From Tubiluchus corallicola (lineage: Eukaryota > Animalia > Priapulida), in assembly GCA_030141605.1 (NCBI GenBank), contig JAQGDQ010000250.1:1-64000 (forward strand): DNA of 64,000 bases. The letters are read 5' to 3'. The position numbers were made by a program, and so were the translations under genes. How positions within the stretch are numbered: position 1 is the first letter of the stretch; each line of letters opens with the position of its first letter. Below the pieces are notes generated by a model, which saw only the letters and a program-made list of their open reading frames with translations, did not search any database and was not told the origin of the DNA. Shown here piece by piece: positions 26,900 to 40,083 of this stretch.

Positions 26900-27339
26900 C
26901 TCTCTATGCAGATGGCAGTCAGGTTCAGCACAGAAGCCATTACTGATAACATCTTGATTAGATTGACGAATCGACAGCACTTCGTCGGCACCCGGAAATC
27001 CGGCCACATGTGCTGGAACGCTTTAAGGGGAACAACCACCAACAACATCAACAAATCAGCGACAGCGAGGCTCACCACAAACGTCGAAGTTATATTTCTT
27101 GAAGCGCGATCCATCAACATGGTGAAGATGACGAGGACGTTGCCAAGGACGCCAATCACGAACGTCAACGCGTAGGCCATGACGAAGACCCACCATCCAG
27201 TCTCGGGGTTTCGGACGTTCATTGCGTATTCGTGCGACACGCGATACAAGAAATGATTTTCAGAAATTTGTATATAAGAAATGTTGTTTGGAGAAAATTC
27301 CAAAGTTGTTGATTCGGTAAAATTCAAAAATTCAGCCAT
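26900..27339 (-). CDS. Class A (rhodopsin-like) peptide GPCR, first coding exon (N-terminus, TM1-TM3)
   Basis: ORF MAEFLNF...LTAICIER has N-glycosylation sequons (NFT, NIS), TM1 GxxGN (GVLGN), TM2 SLAVADLL...VP and TM3 C...S..NLTAICIER. Strong start context AACATGG. Donor AG|GTAAAT at 26900/26899 splits the Arg codon. The sequence resembles invertebrate orphan receptors often annotated QRFP-like or galanin-like (from recall, not searched). Confidence 0.95.
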
Positions 27340-27712
27340 GTTAGCAAGTATAATACGCTCAAAAGTAGTACGGCTAAACTAGTAATGACGCCACCTTTGC
27401 GTTGCGAACATCTATCTCAGCAAAGTCTCGGTTGCAACTTTTTCTCAAAAATTTTACAACAGAATCTTGTGTGTCTCAAAGACTTGCATGTAATGCTTCC
27501 CGATAAAGATTCTTCAAGGGTCTTCATAAAGAAAACGATGGTGAGCGTTTAATGTTCCAGCAGCACATAACTATGATCATAATTTCTAATCAGTCCGCAT
27601 CACACAATGGCGCTCTCCATTAACGAGAGCAATTAAAGCTCGTAGAAAACCTTGTTGAATCGTTCACATAGCGGCCTACACCTCATGGAAATGCTCGTAG
27701 GATAACGAGAAC
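27340..27712 (-). other. Putative 5' UTR portion of the first coding exon of the GPCR
   Basis: Good acceptor CTTTATTTCAG|G at 27713/27712 upstream of the ATG, which implies an unidentified non-coding exon further upstream. Closer weak AGs cannot be excluded. Confidence 0.5.
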
Positions 27713-27777
27713 CTGAAATAAAGTTATTTATTTATTTTTAAGTTTAATGCTGCCCATTCAATTATCACTGCTGTTAA

Positions 27778-28445
27778 AGGACAAGAAAAGGGGCACCTGA
27801 GGTAGGTTTCAGAAAAATCGCCTTAAAAAATTATACTACTTCACAGCAATTTTATGCACATATTGCATTCGCGTTGAAAGGAATTTTCGTTTGTTTTCAT
27901 TTTAAATCTCCCGCAATACTGTTCCGACAGCGCCATTACACGACGTCACTACGCCACGTGAATCAGGGGAAGAAAAGGCAATGTTAAATTATGACCCAAA
28001 AAACTTTCCGTGCAAATCTGTATTACTTAGCATTTCACTTACCTGCTGAAAAGACTTATGTAACTAGACTAATAATTTGAAATGTTTGTGCCAATTGGTA
28101 AAATGTCGCTGACTCACCCTCCAGGGTGCACCGCTCACTAGCCAAAAACCTATTTTTAATCTCATTGACAAGATAAAGTAAGTTAAATTTTCCTTAATTA
28201 GCAACATGTATGCTACGAATACTCTGATTATTTTTTCAAACTTTACTTAATTTATCTAAACTTGTTTCAAACGACCTACCATTAAAATCGCTGCCCCAAC
28301 GGTCATCGCGAGAGTTTAAATTTACACGCTTTATACAGCGTTACGGCCGATGCAAGTCATGCATTCGAAAAGGTAGTATGTAAGTGGTATAAAATTTCGA
28401 GACGAATTTTTTAAGCTTTTTGCAAATGGGTGGTTTTCTTGCGCT
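27778..28445. mobile_element. Kolobok/T2-like MITE family C, copy 1
   Basis: TTAA TSDs, TIRs AGGACAAGAAAA / AGCGCAAGAAAA. Inverted copy at 48484-49130 and a partial copy from about 56351. Confidence 0.85.
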
Positions 28446-28829
28446 TTAAGCGATGATAATTTATACATCAGTAAACTAAACACGCGCTAATATTTGTAAA
28501 CAAACTACCCGTTTCAAATTTTCTTAAATTAATGTATTGAAAAACCCCTAAATTTGCAAAGAAGTGTGCAGTTGGTGTCGGTACGGATGATTGATTATTA
28601 TGTGAAATTGTCAGGAAAAGTGGAAGTAAGAGAACCGTGAAACACTTTTCTATATTCTTTATACAACTCGGCATAGTGAACCTCGTTTCCAGCATTTGAC
28701 GGTAAGGCCAACAATTCTCTTTTCAGCTGCTGTTGTGTCGTTTCTTGCAAGTAAAAGGTTTATTATAATAGTTTAACAAAGATAGCTGGTACACTGTAAA
28801 ATCTGCTAAAATGGAATATTTACAGATTG

Positions 28830-30730
28830 ACAAAAGTTGACAAATATTTACAGCTGACAAAAAAGTCAAATGGTAACTAATCTTATTAAGTTTTAACTAA
28901 ATCAGCACCCAGTTAAGTAAGTAATAAAACCAGCTTTGATTTCTCGTACGTATTTTGAGCTATAGTCAATTGAAGGAAAAAAGTGCTTGGTACAGCAGAA
29001 TAATTACTTATAATTGCAGCACATTTTCATATGCCAAGTAAGACGGAAAATGACTTCCGATGAAAAGTTGAATTATAATTTCATATAGATGTATAATGTG
29101 CATATTGCTGTAGGACCAGAGCCTAGCTCTTCATGACGATTAATTCTCTAAGAAGAAATACTGAATTGGCACACGTGTCTTAGCCACGTTATGAACATAT
29201 ATATTTTTCCTCAACGAGGTAAAAGGGCGTGACGGTTTGCCAAATGAAACCGCCCTAATTCAGATATCCAAGCAGCCACTTATCCGTTTATTAACAAAGC
29301 CCAGCGTTGCTTAAGTTTTGTCACTAAACACATAACATGAGCACTCACCTATTCCATCTAGCTAATTAAGAAATAGATGCTCGCTCACTGCAATAACGAA
29401 TTTTCATGCGAGAATTTTCTGCAGCTATTTCAAGTGAGTTTTTTCTGTAGCGTTTAGAAAAAGAAAATGACAAATGGAAGTGAAGTGACACAAAGAACAA
29501 TCACCACTCTTGTAAATTTTATTACATTTATTACTCACAAATGGCAATACATCTGTACGACTAATTAATTTAACATTTATATTCACGTTGACCGTGCTCT
29601 TTGCAAATTTTAATAAATTTTCGCGACAAACGTAGCGTGAAATGATATCTTCAAGCGCTTAAGAAAGTAGCACTAAAATGATCATTACGACCAGTCAAGC
29701 GGCTCATTCTCACCGTAGAGAAGCTGAACACTCGATGTAAGAGCGTTTAAATGAAGTTGCATAGAGAAATGCAGAAACATCTGACGCGCATGCGCAGTGC
29801 AGGGTCAAGCCGAAACCTGGCAGCTTTGACACGTGACAGGTGACGTTTATGTTAATTGCTATTGGTGCATTCTTCCAGAAGAATGAACGGCTGCTTTGAC
29901 AGCTGAATTCGTTACTTTGGGAAGTTAATGGGTCTGACTGCCAGGCTTTCACAATGGCATAAACATTCATCACATGAAGCCAGTTATAATGAAGCCCAGC
30001 GACACGCTTGTTTTAGTTAATTGCTTTGGTTTTTCTGGTCACGATTCAGTTCAATTTGCTATACGAGGGTCACTGATTTTTGAAAGTGCCACACTTCGTA
30101 AAAATCAATCATTGTACTTCGCATAGAAATCTAATTATATACACGAGGAAATGAAACGAGAAGTGTATAGTACTCGAACTTTTTACATATACATATAGTT
30201 ACATCTATATTCGACAAAATTTCTTATCACGCATCACTTATCAAACTCCTAGAACATGGCATAGATATTGAAGTTCTAGATATGTTATATCATTGGCACT
30301 CTAGAAATGTGTCGTCCGGTGCACGTTCATAGTCGTTAGGTTCATATAGAATGTGGCCGTGCTAATTTTTCATATCGTATTCTATCTTTTTTTATATATG
30401 TCGCCTATTTTAATACAGGAACTGTACTTTTTGTGCGATAGAAATTCAGTAAATAAATAAATAAATATTCAAATAAAAAATCAACTTTTTATCTGCAGTC
30501 ATTTTCCGACTTACTTGACACGTTCAATTCAACTGTAATTATAAGTGGCTGTCCTATTGCACCAAGTACTTTTTTCCTTCACTTGTACTTGACCTCAAAA
30601 AGCATGAAAAATATCAATGCTGATTTTATTACTTAATCAATTTCGTGCTGATTCAGTCAAAACGTAAAAGCTTAGTTACCATTTGACTTTTTGTCTACTG
30701 CATCATAATGTAAATATGTACCGTTTTACT
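28830..30730. repeat. Inverted repeat pair, arms about 28830-29075 and 30478-30730
   Basis: AAAAAGTCAAATGGTAACTAA vs TTAGTTACCATTTGACTTTTT; AAGTAAGACGGAAAATGACT vs AGTCATTTTCCGACTTACTT; colinear over about 250 bp. Confidence 0.85.
29240..29350 (-). mobile_element. Degenerate 5S-like SINE head
   Basis: ACTTATCCGTTTATTAACAAAGCCCAGCGTTGCTTAAGTTTTG resembles the 5S reverse complement; shares an adjacent TGAAACCGCC with the 55.9 kb copy. Confidence 0.4.
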
Positions 30731-31120
30731 CTGCCTATAATTTTATTCAACAAAAGCTGTTGGCTGTTATTGTAATGTAAGTGTTGTAATGTACTGTATT
30801 GTAATCTATTTCTATCATCAAAAGGCGGAGCAGTTTGCAAACATTATGTAGTGTGGGTGGTGTGGTGTGGGTTGTTGTTGTGAGTTTATGCACAAATTCT
30901 TTTTGCAGGGTTTGGCTAGTGTACCATTAATTTTACGATGTACTAAATAGCTTTGTTAAGCAATTATAGCAAACCTTCTATTTACAAGAAACAACACAAC
31001 AGCTGAAAGATACTGTTGAAAAAAGAATATTGTTGTTGTCGGCACTGTGACCGACATCAAAGATAGACCATATTGCTGAAGCAATGTCTCGTGAAAGCGA
31101 TACCTATCATCAGACTAAAA

Positions 31121-31646
31121 ACTCACAAACGTTTTGAGAATAGGAAGATTTCTTTGGAAACAAAAATTAGAATATTTTCAGCCTTAGTTGAAACTGCATT
31201 TCTGTATAACTCTGAGCACTGGACATTAAAAGCAAATCATAAAGCTGAAATCGATGAGTTTCAAAGGCGAAATTACAGAAACATTTTAGGTATTAGATGG
31301 CCAAAGAAAATTTCAAACAAAGATCTATATGAAAAAATAAAAGAAGAACCTTGGACAAAAAAATAAAAAGACGCAGTTTAAGATGGATTTTGCATATGCT
31401 TAGACTACCTGATGATGTTCCAGTGAAGATAGTTCTTCAACAAGCCATAGAACCAGCTAAAAAACCTGCAGGAGGACAAATGTTAACATGTTTAGATTTT
31501 GCACAGAAAGATTTAAACACTTCAGCATTGATTCTTAGAGATAAATGCACTTGGAGCATTGCGGCAAGCAGGGAGTCGTGGCATAGGGAGGTGAGCAGAA
31601 TCATGTTCCTGGACGTATGATTCAATGGATGACGATGATGATGATG
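31121..31646 (+). mobile_element. 5'-truncated RTE-like LINE (3' end of the RT ORF)
   Basis: KISLETKIRIFSALVETAFLYNSEHWTL...ILGIRWPKKISNKDLY...IKRRSLRWILHMLRLPDDVPVK, with one frameshift near 31360. (GAT)n tail; 12-bp TSD ATCAGACTAAAA at 31109-31120 and 31647-31658. Confidence 0.92.
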
Positions 31647-32749
31647 ATCAGACTAAAACAAGAAACAAAATAAAGCATGATGCGTTATTACAGTTACTTT
31701 AAATTTAGTCTATTATTTCATTGTCGAGAGATTGTAATACTTTATTTTGTCCCTTGAATTCAATCTGACAAATGATTTAGTTCAATGACCTGACCCTTTA
31801 CTATGCTAGAATAAAGATTATTGTGCCTTTGCAAGAATAACTGTTGCTTCTATTAATTTGACTGCCTACGCTCTTATAAACTACTAAACCTTCTCTGGTA
31901 CTCGTACTTTCACTGTCTTACTGCCTTTCACTCTCTTTCACTTTCAAAACATTTTAGCTAATTAAAATAGCTCATAATATTTGAAATTTACAAATTTCAT
32001 GCAGATTTTTTACTTTCTGACAAAATGTCAGGAACTACAGGTATAGTAGGTCAGCAAAACCGAAGTTATAGCACTTTTGTGTGTGCAGGCATACGTGACC
32101 AAGGACAGACAAACTAGCTTGTTTCCATTAGACTTATGAAGTCTACTTCCGAGAGAATAAAACACGGTTAGTTCAATATGACTGAATTAGCCCAGAGCAC
32201 GACTCCATGATTACACTGGTTAACTGTGTGTTTTCTCACTGAAGTCAATTTTGAACAAGCTGCTTGGAATTTCAAGTGATCAGCAAACACAAAGTAATAA
32301 ACTATTGGTATTTAACTAGGATAATGTTTCGTGGTTTGTGAAAAACGTGTAGTCATTGGATTTAGGTTATTGGATGCTTTAAGGATTAGGAAACCTAGGG
32401 CCTGTGGTGATAAGCCTAGTAACTTCACTGGAGTAGTGGTGATATACGGCAAAATCCGACTATATGCAGTATTATACATCGCGTGGGACATGTGGTGACA
32501 TGTTGGCTTAAAGCTTTCATTTATACTAATTCCAGCGACTTAAAGTATATACTTGCGGTTCTCAGTCTTTAGAGTTTAAATGCTAACAAATGAAAATAAG
32601 TATTTCCACTTTGAACATAGCTGCGAACTGTTGGAAGCGCTATGGAGAAACAGTCGAATGACACCCTACAGACCTTTTCCTTGTAGTTACGGTTTTTTAT
32701 ACAAAATTCGGAACTACGCAAGCTGCAACCCAACATTCGACATCAGGCC

Positions 32750-33400
32750 TGCTCCAGCTGGATGGTCGTGGTGTTACCGGAGCCTGCCTATGCCTCTAAG
32801 AACCATACTGAAGCAAGAAGGTGGGCCCTATTTCAGTCACGTCAGACGTTTACGTCCTCCCTCTGCTAGGTAAGTAGCCAATAGGAGCACCAATTGACGA
32901 AGTTTGCTCGTCCAATAACTGGCCACGTTCGATGCCATTCTCAACTTCGATCGCCATGTAGTCAGCCATGTAGTCGCTTCAAACTTAAATCGTTTGATGA
33001 TGTACCAGGGTCAGGTAACGCCACAATATTTTAAGGAAACAACAGGATACTCCATAACTTGTTTTTTTCCAGATGCCACTTCAGAGTATCCATGACATCT
33101 AATCCAGACTCTTATAGCATCTTTGGTTAGTTTTGCTTTCACAATAGGCATAGGATGGAGACGAGAAAGTTGTAAAATGATGAAATAATTATGAAGTTTC
33201 AACCTACAAACGTGTCCAGGTTTTTAAACAGCCATTACCATGCTTCTGTGAGTCATAATCTACTAATCAAAAGCTCCATCTTCTGTATCGGTCGCCTTCT
33301 ATGTGAAATGTCTGGCTTGGTTACGAAGCGTCTGCGTTCACAGGTGAGTGCAAGCTCCCACGAGGACTTAATAAAACTAGCCTCAGTACACAGCGTTTTC
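32750..33400 (-). pseudogene. Highly degenerate Ty3/Gypsy-like integrase relic
   Basis: Motifs in the expected order on the minus strand: KTWTRL*VE (cf. PWxRVHxD, about 33224-33198), WIRCHGY (cf. WixxhGxP), LKYCGVT, SNDL-VE (cf. SNGLVER) and FLLQYGS*RHRQAPVTP (cf. FLLxYRxTPHxTTGxTP, about 32822-32770). Stops and frameshifts present. Confidence 0.5.
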
Positions 33401-34849
33401 CCTCGATAAATATGCGCAGCTATAAATATGCCCAGCGACCATTCCTTTCGCCATCTTACGTAAGTCTTGTAATTTAAATGTTAAGAAAAACAACAGCAAA
33501 ATAAATCATAATAATATGTTTTCAAATCAAGTTTTTTCTCATGTATTTACTCCATACATACATTAATTTAGCAGCAGCAGCAGCCAAAGCAGAAAGCTTG
33601 ATTCAAAAACTGACGCGGTAATGACTGAATAATTTAACCTCATTCCTCACTTCCGCTTGATTAACGGTTAATTACCGGTTAAAATAGTTTACTGAGACTG
33701 AGACTAATCGACTGGCTTTGAAAATGCTAAGAAACTTTTGTAAGCTTTAAGTGCTGATCCTGATTTTGATCTATGAATTTTCAATTGAACATTCTCACAA
33801 ATCACAATCCGCAAAGATTCTAAACGATTATTTATGTAGCTCACTTACATAGTAACTTACAAAGATGTTCATTTCACGATGATCTGATCGTCTTTCAGGT
33901 AACACGACTTTCATTAACAACCGTGTGTAAAGGTAGTATAGTTATTTATTCCACCATCTCAAACAAATTACGTTGCAAAATACAAAATGCAGCTAGTATA
34001 ACGTTTTGTGATGCAGAGTAGTCAGAAGCCCAGGTTTGGAAAACTGAGAAGTGAGAATGTAAGGATTAGTATACTGAAGAATGAATGAAGTATTGGAAGG
34101 GTGATAACGTCCCAAAAGAGCGCTGGACGTCACAAACGTTACACTGGGGGGAAAATAGGAAAATGCAAAAGTGCACATCATTAATGAGATAAAGGCAAAG
34201 ACAAAGGCAACACTTATTTACCAGTCGCTTGTTTAACAGATAACATTAGCACTAACAACTAGATGACTAACAACTAGATGACTTCACAACTAGCGACTGA
34301 GCAGTTTAGTAACTCATACTTTGCAGGTTTTGGCGGAGGTCTTCGCGACTGCCATCCGAGTTCGAAAAGCTCGGCTTCTGGAGACCCTAGGAAGCTGAAA
34401 TTTGGTACAGTACTATTTAGAGGTGCAAGATACTATTTTGAGGTACAAGGAGTGGCCAATCCAATGCTTCGCATTCCGGACTAAATTAATGAATCTAGTT
34501 CTCGTTACAGTTTTGTGAATATAAGCTGGGTTGCAATCGTAGAGCTATGGATAATACGCTTTGTAACATGCTTGGACTCGGATATTAAAAGCTATTAATT
34601 ATTCAGTTACGATAACATAAGTCCTTATTTATCATTTAATCTTGTCAATGCAGGTGTGTGAGTATTGGCTTAGCGAAGCCATGTTCACAGAGCGTGAAAG
34701 TAAACAACAATGGCCTCGCTGTAAGCTGAGATACCAGGTGATCGTGTGATTGATTAGTTAATTATGGCCTGCTGTCTGCTACCTTTTCGGTAGTAGGTAA
34801 AAAAATTCAAAATTTGGCCACCAGCGTATAAACAATACGTATGTAATAA

Positions 34850-34975
34850 GATATATGATATGATATAATATGATTTGATATATGTTGTGATGTGATGTGA
34901 TGTGATGTGACGTGATGCGATGCGATGCGATGTGATGTGATGCGATGCGATGTGATGTGATGTGATGTGATGTTA
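34850..34975. repeat. (TGATG/TGCGA)n pentanucleotide microsatellite
   Basis: Seen directly. Confidence 0.95.
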
Positions 34976-36899
34976 TAATGTATTTATTTCACACATAAAA
35001 CTAAAACACAGTTGCAAACGTAATATTATTAATGAGCAAATTTGGTTTGTGTGACGGGAGTGTAGGACCAAGTAGTCATTTACACACTCCGCTTACATAT
35101 TATAAGGTATAATTAGTTTACGGGGGCTGTAGAAGAATTATGTAACTATTATTGTAATATTAATGTAACAATATTAATAGGACATGTGTAAAGAAATTAG
35201 GATTAATTTAAATTTAATTAGTCAATAATTTGATATGGCAACTTACAAGCAAAACTGAAAAGGATAATAACAGTAATATTTATTCATTTTTAATAATATT
35301 AAATAAATATAACTAACTATTGAGGAGGTGATATTGCATTGTCTAGGATTAACATAAGATTACACGTCTAGCCTGTAATAAGAGCTATTTGCAAAGATGA
35401 AATGATATGATTGTAGAAAACGACTAATATTTGTAACAAGAAATAGTTTATGTATAGAAGTAACTACTATGTATGTATATATAAGCACGTAACTATGTAA
35501 ATATGCATATACATATGCACACATTCACATACACACACATGTATGGATAAGGGTCATAAATCATAATTAATATCATGAATAAACGAATAAAATAATCTTG
35601 GAAATACTGAATTGGTAGGTAAGGTCCAAAGGCTAAAACTTGTTACAATCGCAATGGCAGGCTAATGGCGTTTGGCTTGAAACTAAAAAGTGCCTAGTTC
35701 AAAACTAAGCGAAGTAACATTTTTCACTCGTTTTTTCACATTTTCTTTCAACTAGTTTAGTTTCGAAAATTTTGGTTTATTCCCCCGTCATAGATGACAT
35801 ATTTTTTCTTTCGTGACACACAGCAGGTTTCTAAGAGACTCTCTGTCTCTTTCCATTTAATAACTTGTCGACTTTCTTTTAAACGTTACCAATAAATGAA
35901 AAATAAATTGCAAAAATAAATCGGTTTGCGGTGTGAAGCCACCATAACGTGGCAATAAACACAATTAGAAAGGCATGTTTACTGTGTGGCAGTGGTCACA
36001 GAAGGGTAAAGGCGCCGGCAGGACACGCGAGATAGAAGAAATTACATCACGCGACCCTCTCCATCACAATCATGGAATGAACATACCAGGTCAAGCTTAG
36101 CTGTACCCAAGTGCATTTCTACTGAACATTGTTGCGGTGCATTTGAAGGAAATTTGGTTATTTCTCGCCGCTTCCGGTTTTACATGCGCTGCGCTCATTG
36201 TAGATACGCCATCTAGTTGCGTTTCGAGGAATTGTATGCCCGGTTGACCACACCGAGAAAAAGGTTCAACTTTATAGTAGCAGCAGCTCTATTTCGCACG
36301 CAGTAAATACTCAATACTGTGACAAATAGTAAAATTATGACTTCCTCATAAAACGAATCATATAAAATTTATAGTTACTTTTATATTTTTGATTGCAAGC
36401 CGCGCTTAGCGCGCAGTAAAACCCTTCAAAACGACGTTTTCGTTTTCTTGTTGAACTACAACAAACTTTTCTCTGTGGGATTTACAAGTAGAGGACTTAA
36501 AACGGGAGAAAAGGCGAGACGAAAGGATTACGATCCTGTTGAGACGTGTTTGATTACAAAGTCAGACACAAAATTCTTCTTTTGTGTTAAGTTGTAAACG
36601 ATTTGTAGCCTGGTTATCGTACAGGCCTACCTATTTTGCGGTGTTTTTGTACAATCCCAACCACGCCACAGTATAAAACGGAAAACACGTATTAGTCGCT
36701 GACTTGATTCGCGGAAATTACGGACTCTGTACAATGGGTAAGAAGCCAACCACACACGACCGTAGACTCTTTCTGGATTCGCAGACTGAAATGTCGGGTA
36801 TTTTACGAATTTTGGGCTTTTGAGCATCTTGCGCATCACAGATTGAATGGAATTTTTTTATTTCTGGCTGGATAAGATACTTGTTTCTCCCCTCGTTTT

Positions 36900-37005
36900 G
36901 TCTTCTCTCCTTCCTCTCTTTCTCTATCTCTCTTCTCTCTTTCTCTTTCTCTTTCTCTCTCTCTCTTGTTCTCTCTTTCTCTTTCTCTTGTTCTCTCTCT
37001 CTCTT

Positions 37006-37097
<92 letters not shown>

Positions 37098-37150
37098 TCC
37101 TCCTCTCTTTCGGCAGCTCAGTCTCCCCCTTTTCTTCTTTTCTTTTTCCT
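36900..37150. repeat. (CT)n microsatellite / polypyrimidine tract
   Basis: Seen directly. Confidence 0.95.
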
Positions 37151-37869
37151 ATTGTCCTGCTGCACACCATTCTGCCTTGAAAGGATCGCGTGACCATACA
37201 GGTAACTTCAAATTTCTAACACTGCAAGTGCTAATAGAAAGGCAAGGAAACAAAAACATTTGTAAATTTGGGCTAGAGTAAACCTATTGTAAAAATTCAT
37301 TGGTGGTTGTGGCTAGATTGACATATTTGGTAATTGTTAAACTGATGTTAGTCCCATCAGCTCTCTTTCTCATGAGATACACACTCAGTCGTCGTTTTTT
37401 TTGATCGATAGGCGATCGTGGATCAAGCATATAATCATCATGGGTAATAACTTAATTCTGTGGTAGTGCATTGTGCGTCGCTTGCTTTGAAGAAACTAAG
37501 AAACAACAATGTCTGAAGCAATAACTGTGCTGTGCTTCTTTATTCAACATGCTCATTTCAGCTGACAATCATAAACTTCTTTCTTGCGCAATCAATTTTG
37601 TAATTACAAAAGCAATCATTGGGGAAGAAACGCCAAGAGACTGCGGTCTGTTATTTGATCTAAAATTGGCTCCATGTTCTACACGTAAAAACCCGCATCT
37701 TCAATTGCGAAAAATTGCCAAAGTTGCCTAAATTGTTGTTCTTAGCTTATTGTACGTTTCTACAATAAATTACGAGGCAGTCTTTTTCGTTTCTTTCAAC
37801 TAAGACATTCTTTCAATGGAACGTTATTAATAAATGTTTGCCTCTCTGAAATTAATTGAAAGAAAATTG

Positions 37870-38115
37870 CTTTAAGTCTGTACCAGAAAATTGTTTCCCT
37901 GAAAACTGCAACCTCATTCGATTTAAAAAAACGTCAACAGATACCGACTATCATTAGGATATTGGTTATATGTCATGTATGCGTTTTGTGGACATCACCC
38001 TTTTTACTATAGACCATTACCTTGGGTGAGCATTGTCCTTTTTTGGAATGAAACAATTTTCTGGTAGAACACGAAACTCGACGGAAAATGGCTTTATAAG
38101 TAGAGCTGTTCTATA
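37870..38115 (-). pseudogene. Possible Tc1/mariner transposase relic
   Basis: Minus strand gives NSSTYKAIF, FQK-DNAHP (cf. FQQDNAPxH) and WSIVKRVM (cf. WxxLKxxV), with frameshifts and a deletion. Weak. Confidence 0.35.
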
Positions 38116-38546
38116 TATTAATCCTGTTTAAGAAACCACATGGTTTATAGTCCTAAACCCTTATTATTCTAGTTTAAATACTATTGTAAAATTAATAATT
38201 CAGTAACTTCAAGTTTATTTAAGATTTTAATCTTCTTAAGTAATCTTCAACAGGTGAAATGCATTGCAATCAGACCACAAATGGCTTCATTTTATCGGCA
38301 AATAACCGACAATCAAAAAGCGCAAATGAAAAGTTATTTAAAATGCAATTTTGTTATGAGAGAAAAACGTTAGACTAATCTAATGACGTTATCGCTTGAT
38401 GTTATGCAAATTACATTTTGAAAAACTATACGGCTTTCCTGAACTGCGCCTTGTTTTTTCTTCAACACTTCTACATTTTGTTGATGTTTAGGTTATCATT
38501 CCAGGTTTACGGGAAATTACAAGGAAAAGAAAAACAAAAATAAATT

Positions 38547-38624
38547 ACCAGCACCACCACGAACAACAACAACTACAACAACACCAACACCACCACCACC
38601 ACCACCACCAACAGCAGCAGCAAC

Positions 38625-38658
<34 letters not shown>

Positions 38659-38663
38659 GCAGC

Positions 38664-38709
<46 letters not shown>

Positions 38710-38718
38710 GCAACAACG

Positions 38719-38761
<43 letters not shown>

Positions 38762-38796
38762 CGACGATAACAACAGCAGCAGCAACAGCAACAACG

Positions 38797-38832
<36 letters not shown>

Positions 38833-38833
38833 T
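38547..38833. repeat. (CAA)/(CAG)/(CAC) trinucleotide microsatellite
   Basis: Seen directly; explains the poly-V and poly-L ORFs. Confidence 0.97.
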
Positions 38834-39499
38834 CAAGGCTCACGTGCTTAAGTTCTTTTGTTAAAATCAATCACAACTTTTCACACTATTGATGTGAGCT
38901 CTGAATTTTTACCACCACCACCACCCCCCATACTGTAGCATTTCTAGTCACATGTGATGTCAAAGTGTACAATAAGGGCTGCTTCCCATGAATCTGCCAA
39001 GAATAATCCTAGAAAATAGATTTTTGAAAACTTTGCGCCTTATCCTTGGGTAAATTATCTGGCAAGCAGTAATCCGAATGAAATACGAAATCCAAAACAA
39101 TTTTTCACTTGTGCGGCTGCTCTTCATGCAAACAAGTAAAAATTAGAGTGTCTTATAATAAAACAAACATATACGAACTAACTGCCTTATCAAATTTTGG
39201 ATTTTGTGTTTCTTTCTATAATTCGTTGCCTGCATTGTGTCTAACTCAAATTCTTTCAAGGTGCTATACATAGTTAGATTATTATACTAATGTTACTTTG
39301 TGTCATAACAATGTAAATTTTACAAGTGTCTAGCAGCCATTATAATGATATTATGTATATGGTCGTTAGCTGTCACGTAAACTTTGTGCATAGTCAAAAT
39401 ATGTCTCACACTGGTGACTAGAAAATGCTGTTGTTACGAAGAGGCGATACCGGTACATAATTAAAAAGTCACCTGTGGAAAATATGCTTACATCTTTGC

Positions 39500-40083
39500 C
39501 GGGGTCGTCTTAACAGCATTAATGCCCCCCCCCCACGCACAGCAGCGTAATCACAAAAACGTTTGTTTTAAATTCAACGTTACAGAACAGGAAAAAGACG
39601 TGGCGATTTCTTCGCTTCTAAAAGGTAAACTAAAAAACGTGCTCGATTCTAATTGACTACCTACTAGATGTATATAACAAAGCCAAGTTTTACAGGCAAT
39701 TCTAAAAAAGCATAATCTTAGATTACTGAGCAAATAGAGTGAAATCTTCCCAACAAAGCAGATATTTATTATATTGGTACATCAGTGTTTAAACATTAAA
39801 AAAACAGCAAAGATTAATCAACACAAGCGTTTGAGTAATATAACTGAGCCTTGAAAAGTAGAAAATGCTTTGTGTCAGGTTATGTAGCGCGTAAGATCCC
39901 GTGCACGTACGTTCACGTGACTTTGCAGAAATGACCGTGATAATAAATCAGAATGTCAACGTCCATTTGTAACATAATAACTAATATTTATAGTTTAGTA
40001 TAGTATAATATTTGTTTATTGACTAATGCTCGTGGGACCCCCCGGGAAATTGCCCAACGTGCGCATGTGCTAAGAACACTCTG
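39500..40083. mobile_element. hAT-like MITE, degenerate
   Basis: Termini CGGGGTCGTCTTAAC / GCTAAGAACACTCTG; 8-bp flanks ATCTTTGC / ATGATTGC (6/8). Confidence 0.5.

Noticed and set aside
36631-36850. Upstream non-coding first exon or promoter of the GPCR
   Set aside because: Only a plausible AG|GTAGGC donor and mild CpG enrichment; not distinguishable from chance.
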